DNA from: Lytechinus pictus
Taxonomy: Eukaryota
Length of the DNA: 64,000 nucleotides
NCBI RefSeq assembly: GCF_037042905.1
Contig: NC_087247.1
Span: 20,026,001-20,090,000 of the forward strand
Direction: 5' to 3'
The notes under the pieces are model-generated. The model was not told the origin of the DNA. It searched no databases and saw only the letters and a program-made list of their open reading frames with translations. The position numbers and the translations under genes are program-made. This document shows, in pieces, positions 25,601-40,104 of this stretch. Every line of letters begins with the position of its first letter. The first letter of the stretch is position 1.

Positions 25601-28600
25601 ATTGTATTATTTTAAAATACTTAATTAGATTAAAGTTTTGGGGATCGACTGACTTGCTTGGATTCCATCTTGTGTTTTTTCTCTCTCTAAGGATTTGATT
25701 ATGGATGATTAAGCATTGAAATCACATTGTAAGCTAATAAAGCTATCCAATCCAAACTTCTTTCTCGTGTTTTCTTATTCTTTAATATTTATTACTCTCT
25801 TTCGCTCTCTACTGCTTCAGGAACCGTTTTGTCAATATTTTCTTTTTATTACTTTCAGGCGCACAAAAGGTCCAATGAAATTGGTGGTAATTGGGAGAGA
25901 GTGAGAGAACCAGATAGCTTCCCCCCGCCCTCCACCATCCCGTCTATCCAGGGTCGAAACCACAAGGCAGAACCGTTATTTCAATATAGGCAAGAATGCC
26001 AAACGATGAAAACGATGACGTAATTCTTTAATAGTAATAGCGTGGTTCATGCACATAGACCGATAGGACCACCTTTTTTTTCCTTTTTCCTTTATTTTCG
26101 TGATTTTTTCATGGAAAAGTGGCGATGTCCGGCCTCGAACTATCTTTCTTGCTCTATCTGCTTCACTCTCTTTCTCTTATTCTCGTAATTCCAGTCTATT
26201 ATTTTCCATCTTTATCCTTTTTTTCTAACCGAAGTCCTCCCGTTTGGCTGTTTCTATGTTTTTAGCCCTTTTCATTATATTGAGATTAATTTTTCGTAAT
26301 TTTTATTTTTCCCTTCTTCTACTTATTGTTAATTTTTGTTTGTTTAGCTCTTCTCTTTAAGATTTTCTTTCTGTTTTGTCAATCAGTATTATCATATTTC
26401 TTAGTTTAAATACTTTTCGTTCATACATTCATTTGCTTTTCTTTGTCAAAAGAAGTTCCTTTTGCTGTATGTAAAAAGAAGTTTATCTTTCATACCAGAT
26501 GAATTTTCTCGCACAGTTATCTTATGAAGATGTGAACACATTTTTCTTTATCTATATTTCATTCTCCTTTTATACATTGCATCCTAGAAAACAAAATTAT
26601 CCAACAACGACCCGTGACAAATGTCACTTCTTCGAAATCATCAGTTCATTCCCGGTATAGCATCAAGTTAGTTTCACTAATGAAATCTGTTGTCGGACAA
26701 TTACACCGTAAGCTTGAATGGTATTCAATAGCGGACTTCCTTCCTGTCTCCTAAATTCTCGCCAAAAAAGACGAGGGATCACGAGTATCGTCTGCTTGAG
26801 TCTTTGTTGAGACTTAGCTTGAAGACAGATCGTCTCTCCTTCCGTGTGTGCTTTAAAAAAATCGTATGGAGTATAAGAAAGCGGCGATTTTAAGTAAAGC
26901 TGCAAGACTTAATTAACAGCGTTTTCATGACCATCAATAACTGAATTTGTAATAACATTTGAGGTATTTAGACCTAAAATAGAGGGTCACTTAAGTAATT
27001 GATGTAGTTTCCTCCTAAAACATCAATCCAATATTTCAGGATCAAATCTTTCTTAATGTGGAATGGATTTAGTATTAAAACGTGATATAAATAGCGTTTC
27101 TATTTACACGATTCATTGAAACTGGAGGTGACATTTCTGTACATCTGTCAAAATGAAAAGATTAGCGCGCCAACTAAAGGAAATAATGACATACAAAATG
27201 GAAAGAAAATAATCATACTTTTAGACTATCTATTCACTTTCTTATTATATGTATCCTTATTCAACCATTATTCAAAGCAATTAAATTTATAGGGCAACAT
27301 GGTCAATTTACATGAGAACTATTAAAGATTAAAAATACCATCGTTATTCAGGCTGAATATTTAGAGGGCAAACGTATGGGGTGTGCGGAGAGATATAAGA
27401 AAAGAATATAATGCCTGGTGAATGAATAAGAGAACAAGAATAGTAAAAGTAATATAAATGGATGTTTCAGGTGAAAAGAGGAAAAGGTTAATACTGAAAG
27501 TTAGAGAAGAAGGGGTACGGAATAGAATACCAAAAATCTTACTTTACACAAGATGACGGAATAAGGTTTGTTTTTGAAAAAAATATGTTCATTGAAGGGG
27601 GCAGAAATGCCTTGAGAGAAGACAGTGGTCAGAAAAGGCGAAAGGAAAAACGTTCTAAAAAAGGACGTATTCTTAATTTCATGATAATCTTCTGAGTATA
27701 TGAATGCAAGGTTGATATTTTTTTCGTAATTTGATCAAGGCTGCAGATAATGCACTTCCACTGTTGGGTTATTTCATTTAACACATGGGTATGGTCTTGC
27801 GAAAGGAACTGTTTTTTTAAACACACCCCTCCTTCTGTGGTGCATAATCTTTTAATAAGATTGGATTCATCGTGTCAATCCTGCAATATACGATAAGCTG
27901 GTAATCCTATGTTCACCTGCTGTCACCATACAAGACAAATATTGTGGATGTTACACTTACAGATAAATCTTATTAACATCTTAATCATGCGTGCCATGAG
28001 CGATTTAGAAATATCCATTCAGCGGCGTATTCAGTCGTGAATTAGTTACCGGCTATATACGGAGGAGAAAGAAACAGGTTTTCAGATATACAAGGCGTCA
28101 AAGGAAAAAGACAGAGAGAAATAAACATGAGAAGCAAAGAAAGTAGGCCCTCTTTATTTGTCATTATTTTTTTCTAGAACACTTGGATATTTAGAATATC
28201 AAACGGTTAATCCAATAATTTTCGGTAAAATGCAAAAAAAAAGATGGAATATCTATTGGAATTTGTACTGATCATCTTTTAAGCAAAATATTAATGCAAC
28301 AATTATTTTGATTAGTCATTGAAACCTTGCAATTGCAAACACCTGCGTTACGGAGCCCTTGGGTCAATAAGAATAAATTCAAGACAGGTATTGAAAATAA
28401 CATAATGTCTATTAATCCATTCATTCATTTAATTGTAATTATTAATTGCTGTTTCTCATTAAAAAGATATAAACGAACATAACAAAGTAAAAGAATATAT
28501 ATATTTCAGGCAAGTTGTTCATAATATCAATCACGCAACAAGCTTGTATTGAAGGAAAGCCTATGGACACCCCACATGGAAATAAATTGGCGCGGCCCCT

Positions 28601-29551
28601 CTGAAGCAATGACATCTTACGTATTAAAGGTTAGATTGAATTGTACTACCCATGATAATTCGATGATAATTTGCCACCAACATCATTGCTTTCACACAAC
28701 AAAGGTTATTGAAAGACGCCTCGTCCCAGTTTGCCAACAGACCGGACTAAATCGAAACATCAAGGCTATTGGTGAAAGAAAGAACTTGACCTCTCTATCT
28801 CTATCGGGATAATAAAGATTAATTATGGTATGAACCAAATATATTTCATAAGGTTAGGAATGAAAAATCAATCATTCTATTTAGAACCGATACGGTACAC
28901 CTGCATTTTTTTTAAAGTTATATATAAGTTGAATGGCGCAATATAAAAGGGTGGAACGGGGATGAGGGGGTGGAGATACATCACATCACATCAGATCAGA
29001 TCGCGAAATGAAGCTATATTGAAATTTCATGAAAGGGAACTATGGCTCGCTTTTCCTTTAAGTTAAGCTCATTATCAACGATTAGCCTGTTGGTTTTTCA
29101 GTTAATCCTCAGTTCAGACAAAATATATAGATAAAAAAATCGTCTCCTAAAAGCGTGTAATCCCGGAAGGAGGTATAATCCAGAGAGAGAGAGAGAGTAA
29201 ATATGACATTAACCAGATATTCAGTCCTCCTGAGTGATTTCTTGAATACTTGCCACTGAAATTATGATTCCGAAAACATGCATGATCAAAACAAATCTGC
29301 TTAAAATGTTTTATCTATAAATTATGTACATGTAAATATCATTCTTGTTGTCTCGAGAACATTTTTCACTTTGATAAAAGAATGAATTATGCGCATAAAG
29401 ACAGCAAGAAAGAAAAAACAAATTTATGACGATGGTGAAAGAAATAAGTAATTAAGGGAGATATGAATTACAGAAAAACATGAATGAATAAGTAAGAGAA
29501 AGACAGAAAGAAAAAGGAAAGAGAGAGAATGACATTTTCGCTGTAACCTTT

Positions 29552-29725
29552 ACTCTTAAAAACGTTGGGCAACATATTGTCCACATATCAATCGGTTAAA
29601 TCTTTATCCATTTCCGGGTAGTTTTAAACCAATAATGTGTGCTTTGGGTGAGAACTACCTAGAGTTGGATGAATTTGTTAACCAATTGTTGTGTGGACAG
29701 TGTGTTGCCCAACATTTGAAGAGTG
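29552..29725. mobile_element. Fully palindromic MITE, CACT-type ends
   Basis: ACTCTTAAAAACGTTGGGCAACATATTGTCCACA ... TGTGGACAGTGTGTTGCCCAACATTTGAAGAGT. Confidence 0.8.
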
Positions 29726-30257
29726 CATATATATTCATTATAATCGTACGTTTGATTTTTTTTAAGATTGTGCAAACGAGAATTTTGGAAGATATACATG
29801 TGCACTGCCTTTGCAATATGTTTTGATAAGCTAGTTATTGATGCATGACACAATTGGGCCGCATGTTTGAACAGAGAAAATTTATTTCATCTAATCACGA
29901 TTTCCTTTCTTTGCCATTTTGACACGCTTGTCCTTGCACGCAAGACATTTCTGCATTGGTGATCTTCGGTTAGCATTTTAAGGAAATCATGTTGCATTTA
30001 TCCAAGAAAGCATGGATAATACATGAAGTGCTCTGCGGTATTTTTAGTTTATTCGGCTTCAAACAGTCAAGGTTTCATGATGTGAGGTAGAGGTGAAGAG
30101 ATGCACAAAGACGCCAGATACATTCATTTTTATGAAACCTTCTTCTGTTTTCACCTTGAATGTATTGATCCACCACCCATGATTTATTTTACCTCATCGC
30201 TAAGAAATATTATGTTCCAAGGTAGTGTGGCAGTCACACCAACAAATTAGACTCCAG

Positions 30258-30402
30258 GGGTCTGTTGTAGAAAGAGTTGCGTTTAAACGCAAGTCAAAAT
30301 ATCAAGCGCAAGTCCCGAATACGGGTGCTTTATTGGCTGAAAATCAAGTTTCGCAAGATTTTTTGAGATGCCTTTGATCGCAAATGTTTCTGCAACGGGC
30401 CA
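30258..30402. mobile_element. Harbinger-like MITE
   Basis: GGGTCTGTTGTAGAAAGAGTTGCG ... CGCAAATGTTTCTGCAACGGGCC inverted termini after CAG. Confidence 0.65.
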
Positions 30403-31789
30403 CAAGCCGATAAAAGACACTACGTTATTTTCAATAACATACAATCGGTTTGCTAGGACTTGGTTCCGTTGGTGGTTAAAGGAAAATGCTAGAAATCATT
30501 CCCATTTATTTAAAGGAATATTATCCTGACGTCAAGCAGAAAACGAGGGAAACATATTGACGTATTGACAAATGTTTGTCGAAAAATGTTGATATGAAGA
30601 CACATACATAAATATTTTTGTCATTGTAAAACGCCACATGCGAGGCCAGCTAGCTATATCATCATGTGTAATGTAAATCCTACATAATGTCATTTTGTCA
30701 GAAAATGTTGTCATGAAACATCTTATACCACACATGCTCTTTGTGAAAACTACTCCATTTATCGTGAGCCACAAAGAAATGGGAATGCATGGAATCTATA
30801 TTACATGAACAATTGGGCATCTAATTACATGTGACATTACGAAATAATTATTTTTTTAATTCACAACTCCATATACAGTATATATTTGATTTGCTATTAT
30901 TATCTATTTTTCCCGTTTTTTATAATTAACTTGTTTACAGGGTTGTCTACCTATTCCATGTAAAATATATGCTTTGAAATAGAGATTAGACTATTCTGTG
31001 CTATGTGCTCCACCACTGACGCTATTCATGGTTTGCCATAAAATGATGATTAAAAAAAAATCACCACTATATTATTTGTGCGTTAGCGGCGACCCCTCAG
31101 GAAGGGAGACCTGTCCGGTCCTCAGTCTAGAATATCACATTGTGTACAGCAGTTTACGAGAGAGGGTACCCCCCTCTATAGAATGTCCTAACTCTTATGA
31201 AATCAAACCCCATGATTATTTTACATTTAAAATTCGATCATTCTAATATGAGACCCAGGAATCTAGGGTGTCTCTGAATACCCCCCCCCCCCCAAAAAAA
31301 AAAATGATATTGCAAATTCACTTGGAGGGATAACAGACCCGCAAAATTGCCAACCAAAACAATGTGAGGATGGTGAATGTCCTTCTGCCGTTCTTGCCTC
31401 AGCTTCCGCCAATCAATACATTGCTTTGCTTTAATTAGTTTAGGACCAAATTGGACTTGCGTCAGGGTTCTTTTTTCTTTCTTAGATTTGATTGAGGAGC
31501 TTGACATTCAGGAGACAGCCGGTGGTTAACGCCCGCGAAAATTAGAACAATTTACTAGAAGCCAGAGGGCTACGAAGATGAGATATTTGCTTGCTAGAGA
31601 CTCACAACACACAAACGTTTGCTTCTCTGCTTTGGTATCTTGCCCATTTTCTCACAGCTCTTTGTCCAGCAAACTCGTTTATAACAATATTGATATTTAA
31701 CTATGTTTATCTCTGATCTGAGAGACTGAGTAGAGAAGGAAATAAGAAAATATCCAAAACTTTTTTTTCAATAATAATGAATTATTAAA

Positions 31790-31865
31790 CAGTGATGGTG
31801 CTGCTGCTGCTACTGCCGATGATGATGATGATGATGATGGTGATGATAATGACGACAACGATGAT
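31790..31865. repeat. (GCT)n/(GAT)n microsatellite
   Basis: Direct reading. Confidence 0.9.
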
Positions 31866-32422
31866 ATTTTTATATGGATGATAAAGGGGAGATGTAATAA
31901 TAATTACAATAGTAAAGATAATCATAGCCATGATAATAGCATATTGTCGAACGGACCTTTATATCATACAAAAATTGTACCCTCGGATAAACCCCCTTCA
32001 TGCCCATGCATTTCTCCTTTTAACATACCAAAGTTTTAGCCCCGAGCAAATTTTAAAAGTTAGAAAATGCATATTCAAATGAAGAAATCAATCTGGGTCG
32101 ATCGCCCACTGAAGCTGTGAAGAGCATGGCATTTTAAACAAATTTTATTTCCATACTGCACTCCTATTTGGGCGGAAATTTCCATCTTTATAAGCATCCG
32201 ATATCACAGACATATCGATCAAATTGATTGTAGGCCAGTTGAATTCCTTTCTTCAAAAGTTTGCATGCATCGGTTTTAAGATTATATTATATGGCGCACC
32301 TAGAATAATCGCAACAGACTTTTTGTGTGTGTGTTCAAGCAACAGGATATATTTTCTTTTCAATTATAAGATTGTACAGATAAATTATGTTTTATATTTC
32401 TTTCCTGATCAGGGAATATTCA

Positions 32423-33449
32423 TTTTTGTCTCGCCTGCATAGCAGAGCGAGACTAAAGGTGCCGCTTTTCTGACGGCGACGGCGGCGTCGCCAACATTGA
32501 AATCTTAACCAAGGTTAAGTTTTTGAAATTTCATCATAACTTAAAAAGTATATGAACCTAGTTCATGAAACTTCAACATAAGGGTAATCAAGGGTTACTA
32601 AAGATCATGTCTGAGTTTCAGGTCCCATGATTAAGGTCATAGGTCATTTAGGGTCAATAAAGTTAGACCGTGTTGGGGGAATCAATATCGAAATCTTAAC
32701 CAAGGTTAAGTTTTGAAAAGTCGTCATAACTTCTAAAATATATGGACCTAGTTCACGAAACTTGGACATAAGGGTGATAGTGTATTCCTAAAGATCCTGC
32801 CTGAGTTTCAGGTCAAAGGTCACTTAGTGTCAACGAACGTTGACCATGTCGGGGGTATTTGTGGAATTGTCATCATAACTTTTACATTTTATGGATCTAG
32901 TTCATGGAACGTAGATATAAGGGCAATTAAGTATCCCTGAACATCCTGTGCGAGTGTCAGGTCACAGGTCGTTTAGGGTCAACAAACTTCCATAATGTTG
33001 GGGGTATTTGTGGAATTGTGATCATAACTTTAAAGTTTATAGATCTAGTTCATGAAACTTGGGACATAAGAGTAACCATGTATCCCTAAATATCTTGTGC
33101 TTGTTTCTGGTCACATGACCAAAATCAAAGGTCATTTAGGGTCAATGAACTTTGGCCGTGTTGTGGGTATTTCTGGAATTGGCATCATAACTTAGAAAGT
33201 TTATGGATCTACACATGTAGTTCATGAAACATAGACATAAGGGTAATCAAGTATGACTGAATGTTTTGCACATGTCTTAGGTCACATGATCATGGTCAAA
33301 GGTCATGTTGGGTAAATGGACATAGTATTTTATTTTCATATAAGTGTTTCTTTTGTGAATAATTATTTAACAGCTGTTTTCCAAGTCAGCACTGCTGCTA
33401 TATCGAATCGCGTAAATGCAGGCGAGACTGCCAGAGGCGTTCCACTTGT
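32423..33449 (+). mobile_element. Non-autonomous Helentron-like (pearl/Tsp/DINE-type) element with an internal tandem array
   Basis: T-tract, then subTIR GTCTCGCCTGCAT (32428-40) matching ATGCAGGCGAGAC (33416-28); 5' hairpin 32428-53; (GGC/GAC) microsatellite; ~5 tandem units of ~150-190 bp (CATAACTT at ~32535, 32725, 32874, 33023, 33186); 3' short hairpin and ACTTGT. Confidence 0.85.
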
Positions 33450-33629
33450 GTTTAATATAGATTTTATGATAATTTGTAAATAGGAGTGGTTCTGAGTCAG
33501 GGAAAGCAACGGCGGATCTATAAAGGTGGGTTAGGGGCTTAAATCCCTACCTTGGGTTCCCTAAAAGAAGGGATAGGTCGATCAAGCTCCAAAACCCCAT
33601 TCCCTCCTTACGAGGGTGGCGCAAGCACA

Positions 33630-33748
33630 GCAGTGGCGGATCTACGGGGGGGGGGGGGGGGTAGGACGCAGTTCGTCGTAGCTCGTCGTCAATGGGTCAG
33701 ACGAAATGGTAATACTCTCCTCCTCGCGAAAAGCTAGATCCGCTACCA
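33630..33748. mobile_element. Short hAT-like MITE
   Basis: CAGTGGCGGATCTA + poly-G ... TAGATCCGCTACC. Confidence 0.6.
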
Positions 33749-34129
33749 GGAAGATAGTGTAGTGCGTCAAATAACATGTTCAAATACTTTAATGCCAAAT
33801 CAAATTTCAGGGATTTTTATAACAAAAACTGCATATCGTAACCACTGCATGAAAAGCCTAAAATTAAAAATTTTCACAATTTGACTCCGATTTGTAATGA
33901 TTAACTTTTCTCTGCATTGAAGATATTAATATGTTTGTCTCCGCTTGACTTTGATTAGAATGGCGCAGATACGCCCAGGCGCAGTCACTGCAATGACTTA
34001 GGACACCACGTCATAATATTGGCTGTCAAAGTGTCCCGTCAAATTCAAACAGGTTTATTTTGTATCTAGTAGGCCAACATCATGGCTATTTTTACTAACT
34101 TGTTCCTAGTCGATTTGGTTCGTCATTTC

Positions 34130-36330
34130 AATGACACTTGAATTTGTGTGGAACTATATCAATTACATCTGTGTCAGCCAGTCTCTGAATCGTTTCTATC
34201 TGGAAGGCATCCCTTCAAAATGTAGGTCCCACACTGCATCAGACAACGTATCGTGTGCATTTTTTCAACTTTGAAGAGTGGATCCGAAGATTCTGGCGGA
34301 GCATAAACCCAGATTTTTACTGGTTTTCTGACTGATGTTCGTAATGCCAGGGTTCCAGATCACGTCTGAGGTTAGAGTGAATCCCAATACGAGAATACAC
34401 CAGACGATGGCCTGTATTGTTTCCAGAAGAAGAATCTAGGGTTTTATAGGGTTGTGTGGTTTAGTCTGCAATTGTGGTAAACATTCTGCACGATTCCTCG
34501 CTACACGGACCAATCTTTGGTCCATTTGGCCAGTTTATAGAGACCCTTCTGCAATCGGTTGGTTTCATCCTCGTTTCTTCGACAGAGAAGATAACATGCG
34601 AATAAACTGCGTCAGGGAAGTGGTTGAAGTACAGGAGGAAACTGCTTAGCAAGAGGATGGATCCTTGTGATGTTTTGCATGTGGTATACGCCGAAGTCAA
34701 CGGTAAGCAATGCATGTGTTTTGTTCTGGGGAAAGCTGTTAATCCACTAGTTTGTTTCCCTCTTAATCCCTATGGAGAAGGCAGCTACAGTATAGTTGCT
34801 AATACGCTGATGGCTTTTCTAAGGTCAATAAAATGAATATCTGTTTTGACTAGGCATACTCGCAATCTTCATGATTTATAAACCTCTTAATTTCTCACTT
34901 GACTCTTGTATCACTCTTTCATCCGTGGCAACTTAAGCCATGTCGAAATATGTTACTCACTATTTATATACCAACAAATGAATCGATTTTCATTAATTGA
35001 TACGTTTATTTTAAGTCCGGATCGGATGTATTCGCAGCTGCTCAAACAAGAACCGGGTCCCACTCACTCCTTTCCTCCTCGAAGGCATTTCGGAAAGTGA
35101 TTAAGATGCTGCAGTATTCAGGATTACCCGTGTTCCATTCAAACGGTATTTTAATAGATCTATCTTAAATCTTATACGAGCGTTTCTTCAAAAGATGGTG
35201 ACGATCCTTTCCAGTTATTGTAGTTAGATTTAGATTTTTAAGAATTCTTTAGTGCTTATGTTGTCTCATCACAGTAGTTCTTCCCTGTCCTTCTTAATAT
35301 TATTTCAATTCTCATTATCAATGTGGGTGGCTGAAGATAATTGAAAATGTTTTGGAATATATTTATATATACATTTTATATAATTTAGTAATATCAATAA
35401 CTTAGTTTTAAGTCTGTTTTCCCCTCAGACTTTGTTATAATTTTCAGCTCCTTTCAGAGAACATTCGATGCTCCTGAAGGTGCAAGTTTATTGTACATCA
35501 AAACTCAAATGCAAATTGTAATTTGCCATTCGTTCGCTATTCAAATAATTCTTAAATATTTCTCATGCCCCTGAAAAGACACCCCACTCCATTGACATGC
35601 TTAAAATGGAATCTCACTGACGTGAAGATGGGTTGTTGCGAGTTTCTGTGTCCCGGAAGTCAAAGACTAGGGCGAGCTTGATCGCTTGTGTTGGGCACAA
35701 TAATTTCCCAGTCTTCAATGGGTCTCTGAGACGAAGCTTTTGCCCCTGTTGCATCGACGAACAGAGACAAAATATTTCTGTGACTATATGGGGAGACTGT
35801 TTTTTTTCCATCCCTGGACCTGGGGAAGCGTTTCGTTGAAGATCTTGTCCGATGTTGTATCCGACATAACCTGTTTAGCTGACAGTTACCATTGTATCAG
35901 TAAGATACTCTTTGCTTTCCAGCCGACCAAAATCTAGTAGAGTCATCGGATATGAAAATTTGCCAACAATGTAGATGCAACGCCCTCTTTTAATACGCAA
36001 GATTAACAGTGATCAAGGAGATTGCGCGAAGACGCCACGGAGACATGGCTAGTCAAGGTAAGTTGATTTTAGTTGATCTTAAGAATAGTTCATCAATACT
36101 TGGAACCCATGGGGCACAAAATTCCGATTTGTTTTGGTTGCCATCGTATACACCATACAGGCCAGTGTGTTGTCGGGTGTGCTTTTCCAAAAGACATGCG
36201 TGTGAGTGTGGGCGTCGTTTCTGTCTACTACCTTATACTAAAATGCACCTTGCCCCTGAAGAGAGGATTGCCATTATTGTTGTTCTTGATCTTGTCGCAA
36301 GCATGAGGAAATTGAGTAGTGTGAAGTCAT
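34130..36330 (-). pseudogene. Very old CR1-type LINE relic (APE endonuclease ~35620-36330; RT ~34130-34950)
   Basis: Degenerate minus-strand motifs in the correct order: GARCILV (GGGV), IYIVGKFSYP (GDFN), NTSDQ-LALVFD (SDH), TDIHFIDLRKAISV (LDFRKAFD), SQGSILLLSSFLLYFNHFPDAV (PQGSILGPLLF..YINDLP), LAKWTKDW, GFTLTSDVIWN, AVWDLH, QIETIQR. Confidence 0.75.
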
Positions 36331-38678
36331 AAATGCGAAATGAAACGTCGTAATTGCCAATTTACCTGACACGCCTCTCACATCTGGAATCCGATAAACA
36401 AACTTTTACATGATATTGTTTTAGCATTGGCCATGTGTTGTTCTGTTACTGATGGTATCATCTCGTCTCTGGTCCCTGTCTTTTATCACGTCTCTTGAAA
36501 TCAAGGACATAAACTTGTTTTTTATTCATCATGATAAATTGATGCTCTACACCCGTTTGATCATGATACATTCTTGTATAAGCAAGATTATGTTTTCATG
36601 GCGCAGCCTAGTGACTTCGAAGTATTTAGATACAAAATACTTATACGTTACCGGTATTGCCCCCGTTCCATGAAAATTGCTATCATACTATCATATAGTA
36701 ACTTTGTCAAATAACTGTATAATTCATGGAATTATTACATTACATCATATGTTCGTCTGTCTTTCTGTTCGCTTGCTTCTCAAATTTTCAATATATATAT
36801 ATATATTCATACATATATATTATATATATTTCTTTCCTCAATTTCGGATAATTTATTGTATGGAGGACTTTGAATAAATTACTGCTTTCGGATAATTTTA
36901 TTCATTTAATCACAGTAATCCGGTTGCGATGCCTTTGGCCACGGTTTGTGGTTGGAAAGTACGTGCATCCACCCACCTCCTCTTCCACCACAGTGCATGC
37001 GGTCAAAAACTTGGTCTACCATGGAATTTACCCTCCCGTGCAAAATGATTCACAATCTCTGGACATAAAAAAGGTAAATGCAGACGATGATACTGTAACC
37101 TTGGTATTTTGTAGGTTGTGTTTCACTCAGTGGGCGGAAAAACGAAATCTTTTCCACATTCCCCTGAGGTGCCATTATTGGAAGAAAGAGTTTCTCCAAA
37201 AGCCATTAGATCCGCTTCACAGAAATAATATAGGGTTCTCTGTATTAGACATCGTATTCACATATTATCATTTTGACATGCAGGAAAATTATCAGTTTGA
37301 CTATATCGTACTCAGTCACAAATCATTTCCCAATAAAATTGCTAATGGAACCACCGGAGCGACTTTTTTTTAAGTAACTGTATATCCATAGACTTGTTTT
37401 GATGTTATTTTGTTTTGATGAGTTAAATGCGAAGGTTAGATAGAGATTTTAATTTATATGTTATGCAGTCAAGAGATGGTGATTTTCAGACATAAAGTTA
37501 GCAATAACAAGGATTATTCCTGCAGTTGTATTTGTAAGATGACTGAACATGTTTGATCTTGGTCATATGACATTTGCTCATGTCCTGATAGCTCAGAGGG
37601 CATAGGGTTAGAGTTAGGATTGTGATTGAGTTTTTTTTTCTTCAAAATAACGTAAACATTATGATAAGGGTATTTTATTGTTAGATTTACGTTTGGATTA
37701 ACGTCGAGATTCTCCTTGGAAGCGATTGTATAGCCGGAGCGAATTTTATGGAACTTGATCCTTACTTAAGTAGTGGTGTGTGTTAAAATAAAAATCCGAT
37801 AAAAGCATTTAACTCTATCATCTTATTTTCCGTTCCTTATAAATTATAGGCCTGTGGGAAGGCAACCATTTTTGTCAAGCGGAAAAATAATTTGTATAGT
37901 ACATTTTTTTTACATATTTTCTGATCATGATAAGTTTATATGAAAGATGTTTACCTCCGGGAGCTAAAGAAGGATATCAACAGTTAAGTTATTTTGTAGA
38001 TGAAACATTTAGTTTGTACTTACGGTAATTGTTCATATCAGAAGCCAAAGGGATATTTTACCTGAGATCTACCTTCGACAATAACTATGATGATGATATT
38101 GACGTTTTTTATGAATAATAATCAAAGCAGAGATATAGCAATAGGCTAGACAATCACCTTTTTTTTCTTTTCGGCTAAGGGCGTCAGGGAACTTGTGAAG
38201 ACATCGACTTTCACCTCGGTATCCCCCTGTTGCCCCTGGTATGTCTTCCGGATGTGTTTGATGAAGATAGACTCGATACATGTGATCGTTCAGAGGCTTA
38301 TAGCATTCAAGGGTTCACCAACTTTTAGTCACGATGAAGTAAGAACATTTCGATGTGGGGCTAAAAAATAATAATTCCAAGGTAGAGAAGCTTAAACCCT
38401 CAATTAACTGTTTGGGCAGTCAAGCATCCAATGAATATACAAAAAGGTCATCGGTAGATATGAGAATACATAATAGCCCATAAAACATTCCCATGGTTAT
38501 TCGGATTTCCGATGGTTATCACAATTGATTTCGTCCAATGTTTCAGCCTTGAAATACAGTGGCATTGATATCATGTTCATCCGTTAAGTGAGGAAACTGT
38601 GAATATTTAAGCGCCGGTCTTTTTCGAAGCTGAGGGGAATGGGAGGGGATTCAGAGATTATTTCATTTCAAATAGATA

Positions 38679-38917
38679 CACTGCAAAAACTCCGGTGTTG
38701 ATTTAACACCGGCCCGGAATCTCTATGTCCACACCAGAGAAGTATTGAAACAACACCAGTTTGGAATCGAACCAATGCTGTTGTAATACTAATTGGTGCT
38801 GTATAAACACCTATCCGGTGTTAGACCAAAACCAAACTGGTGTTTTTCACACTTCTCTGGTGTGGACATATATAGATTCCGAGTTGGTGTTAAATCAACA
38901 CCAGAGTTTTTGCAGTG
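38679..38917. mobile_element. Palindromic MITE, CACTG ends, TA target duplication
   Basis: TA|CACTGCAAAAACTCCGGTGTTGATTTAACACC ... GGTGTTAAATCAACACCAGAGTTTTTGCAGTG|TA; ~85-bp TIRs. Confidence 0.92.
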
Positions 38918-39454
38918 TAAACACTTGATGCAACCTAAGGCTTTTTGATATTACATGATGAGAAAGAATAACGTTAGTAATTTCAAGCAAGCATGTACTT
39001 GTGGGTTTTTTTCATCATGCATAACAGAAAAGAAAGAATACAATGTTTCGTTGATAATTCCGATTCTGATTTTTAATTGAATTCCTATAACATTTACATT
39101 CGAAATATACATAATGGCAATAAAAATAATAGGAGCATCCGCGGCGATTTCGTGAGATATTTGTTCCCTCTAAAAAAAGGGGAGGGCAACCCTCATCCAT
39201 ATAGGGCGCTGTATACAAATTTAGAAATTTGAGAGAGACGCGCACTCCCATCATCCCCCTCCACCCCCACCCTCCGGGATCACCGCCAATGTTTAGAAGG
39301 AAAAGACACTGAAAGGAATTCATGTTGCATGTTGAAGGTTACTGTTAAGTTTTAATATGTCTTATAATGACGGCTTGAATAATACTCATAGCCATTAACA
39401 ACAAATAAACTATTACAAGAATAAGAGTAACAACATAAATTTTAATATCTTCCT

Positions 39455-39675
39455 GCTTTCTCTCTCTCTCTCTTTTTATCCCCTTCGCATAACGCATGAC
39501 TGCATGACTCAATCTCTGTCTCTCTTTTTTCTTTTCTTCCTATCCCTCTCCGTATGATTGTCTCATTCTTCTTATCATTCCCCCATTATCCCCTTCTCTC
39601 TCTCCCTCTCCCTTTCTGTCTCCCCCGGCTTCTCTCTCTGTCTCCCCCCAGCTTCTCTCTCTCTCCATCCTTCCT
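39455..39675. repeat. (CT)n-rich polypyrimidine tract
   Basis: Direct reading. Confidence 0.85.
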
Positions 39676-40104
39676 TCTAAATACATGGAGGACGCAGAGT
39701 TTAAAGGACAAACATTAAACTTTAAAGAAAAAAATCGTATTAATAGTTTTTCATTCTCCTTTTACTGTCCTAGTTGCTGGACTATTTTTCTTCCTCGCAT
39801 TGGAAATTGGAAGATGGATTTACCTCTGACATTTCATCTAAATGTAATGTGATATTCGACATCGATGTAAAACGAATTTGGCCTAAAAGGATATCATGAA
39901 GTATTCATGGAAAGGGAACTGTTTTGACCATTTGATCTAATGTGTATTTCTATTTGGTTTTAGCTTCACAGGTGAGCAAACAAATGAAGGTTAACTATAT
40001 TTGGTGGCACTTCTAAATTAGCATGTAATATTGATAGATACTTCATGGAATACAAACAAACAAACAAGTGACTGTTCTTTATACTTGTTGTTAAGATTGT
40101 ATGA

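Noticed and set aside
36870-37373. Longest ORF in the track (167 aa)
   Set aside because: Non-ATG start, no recognisable domain, composition typical of translated non-coding DNA, and it overlaps a decayed inverted-repeat element.
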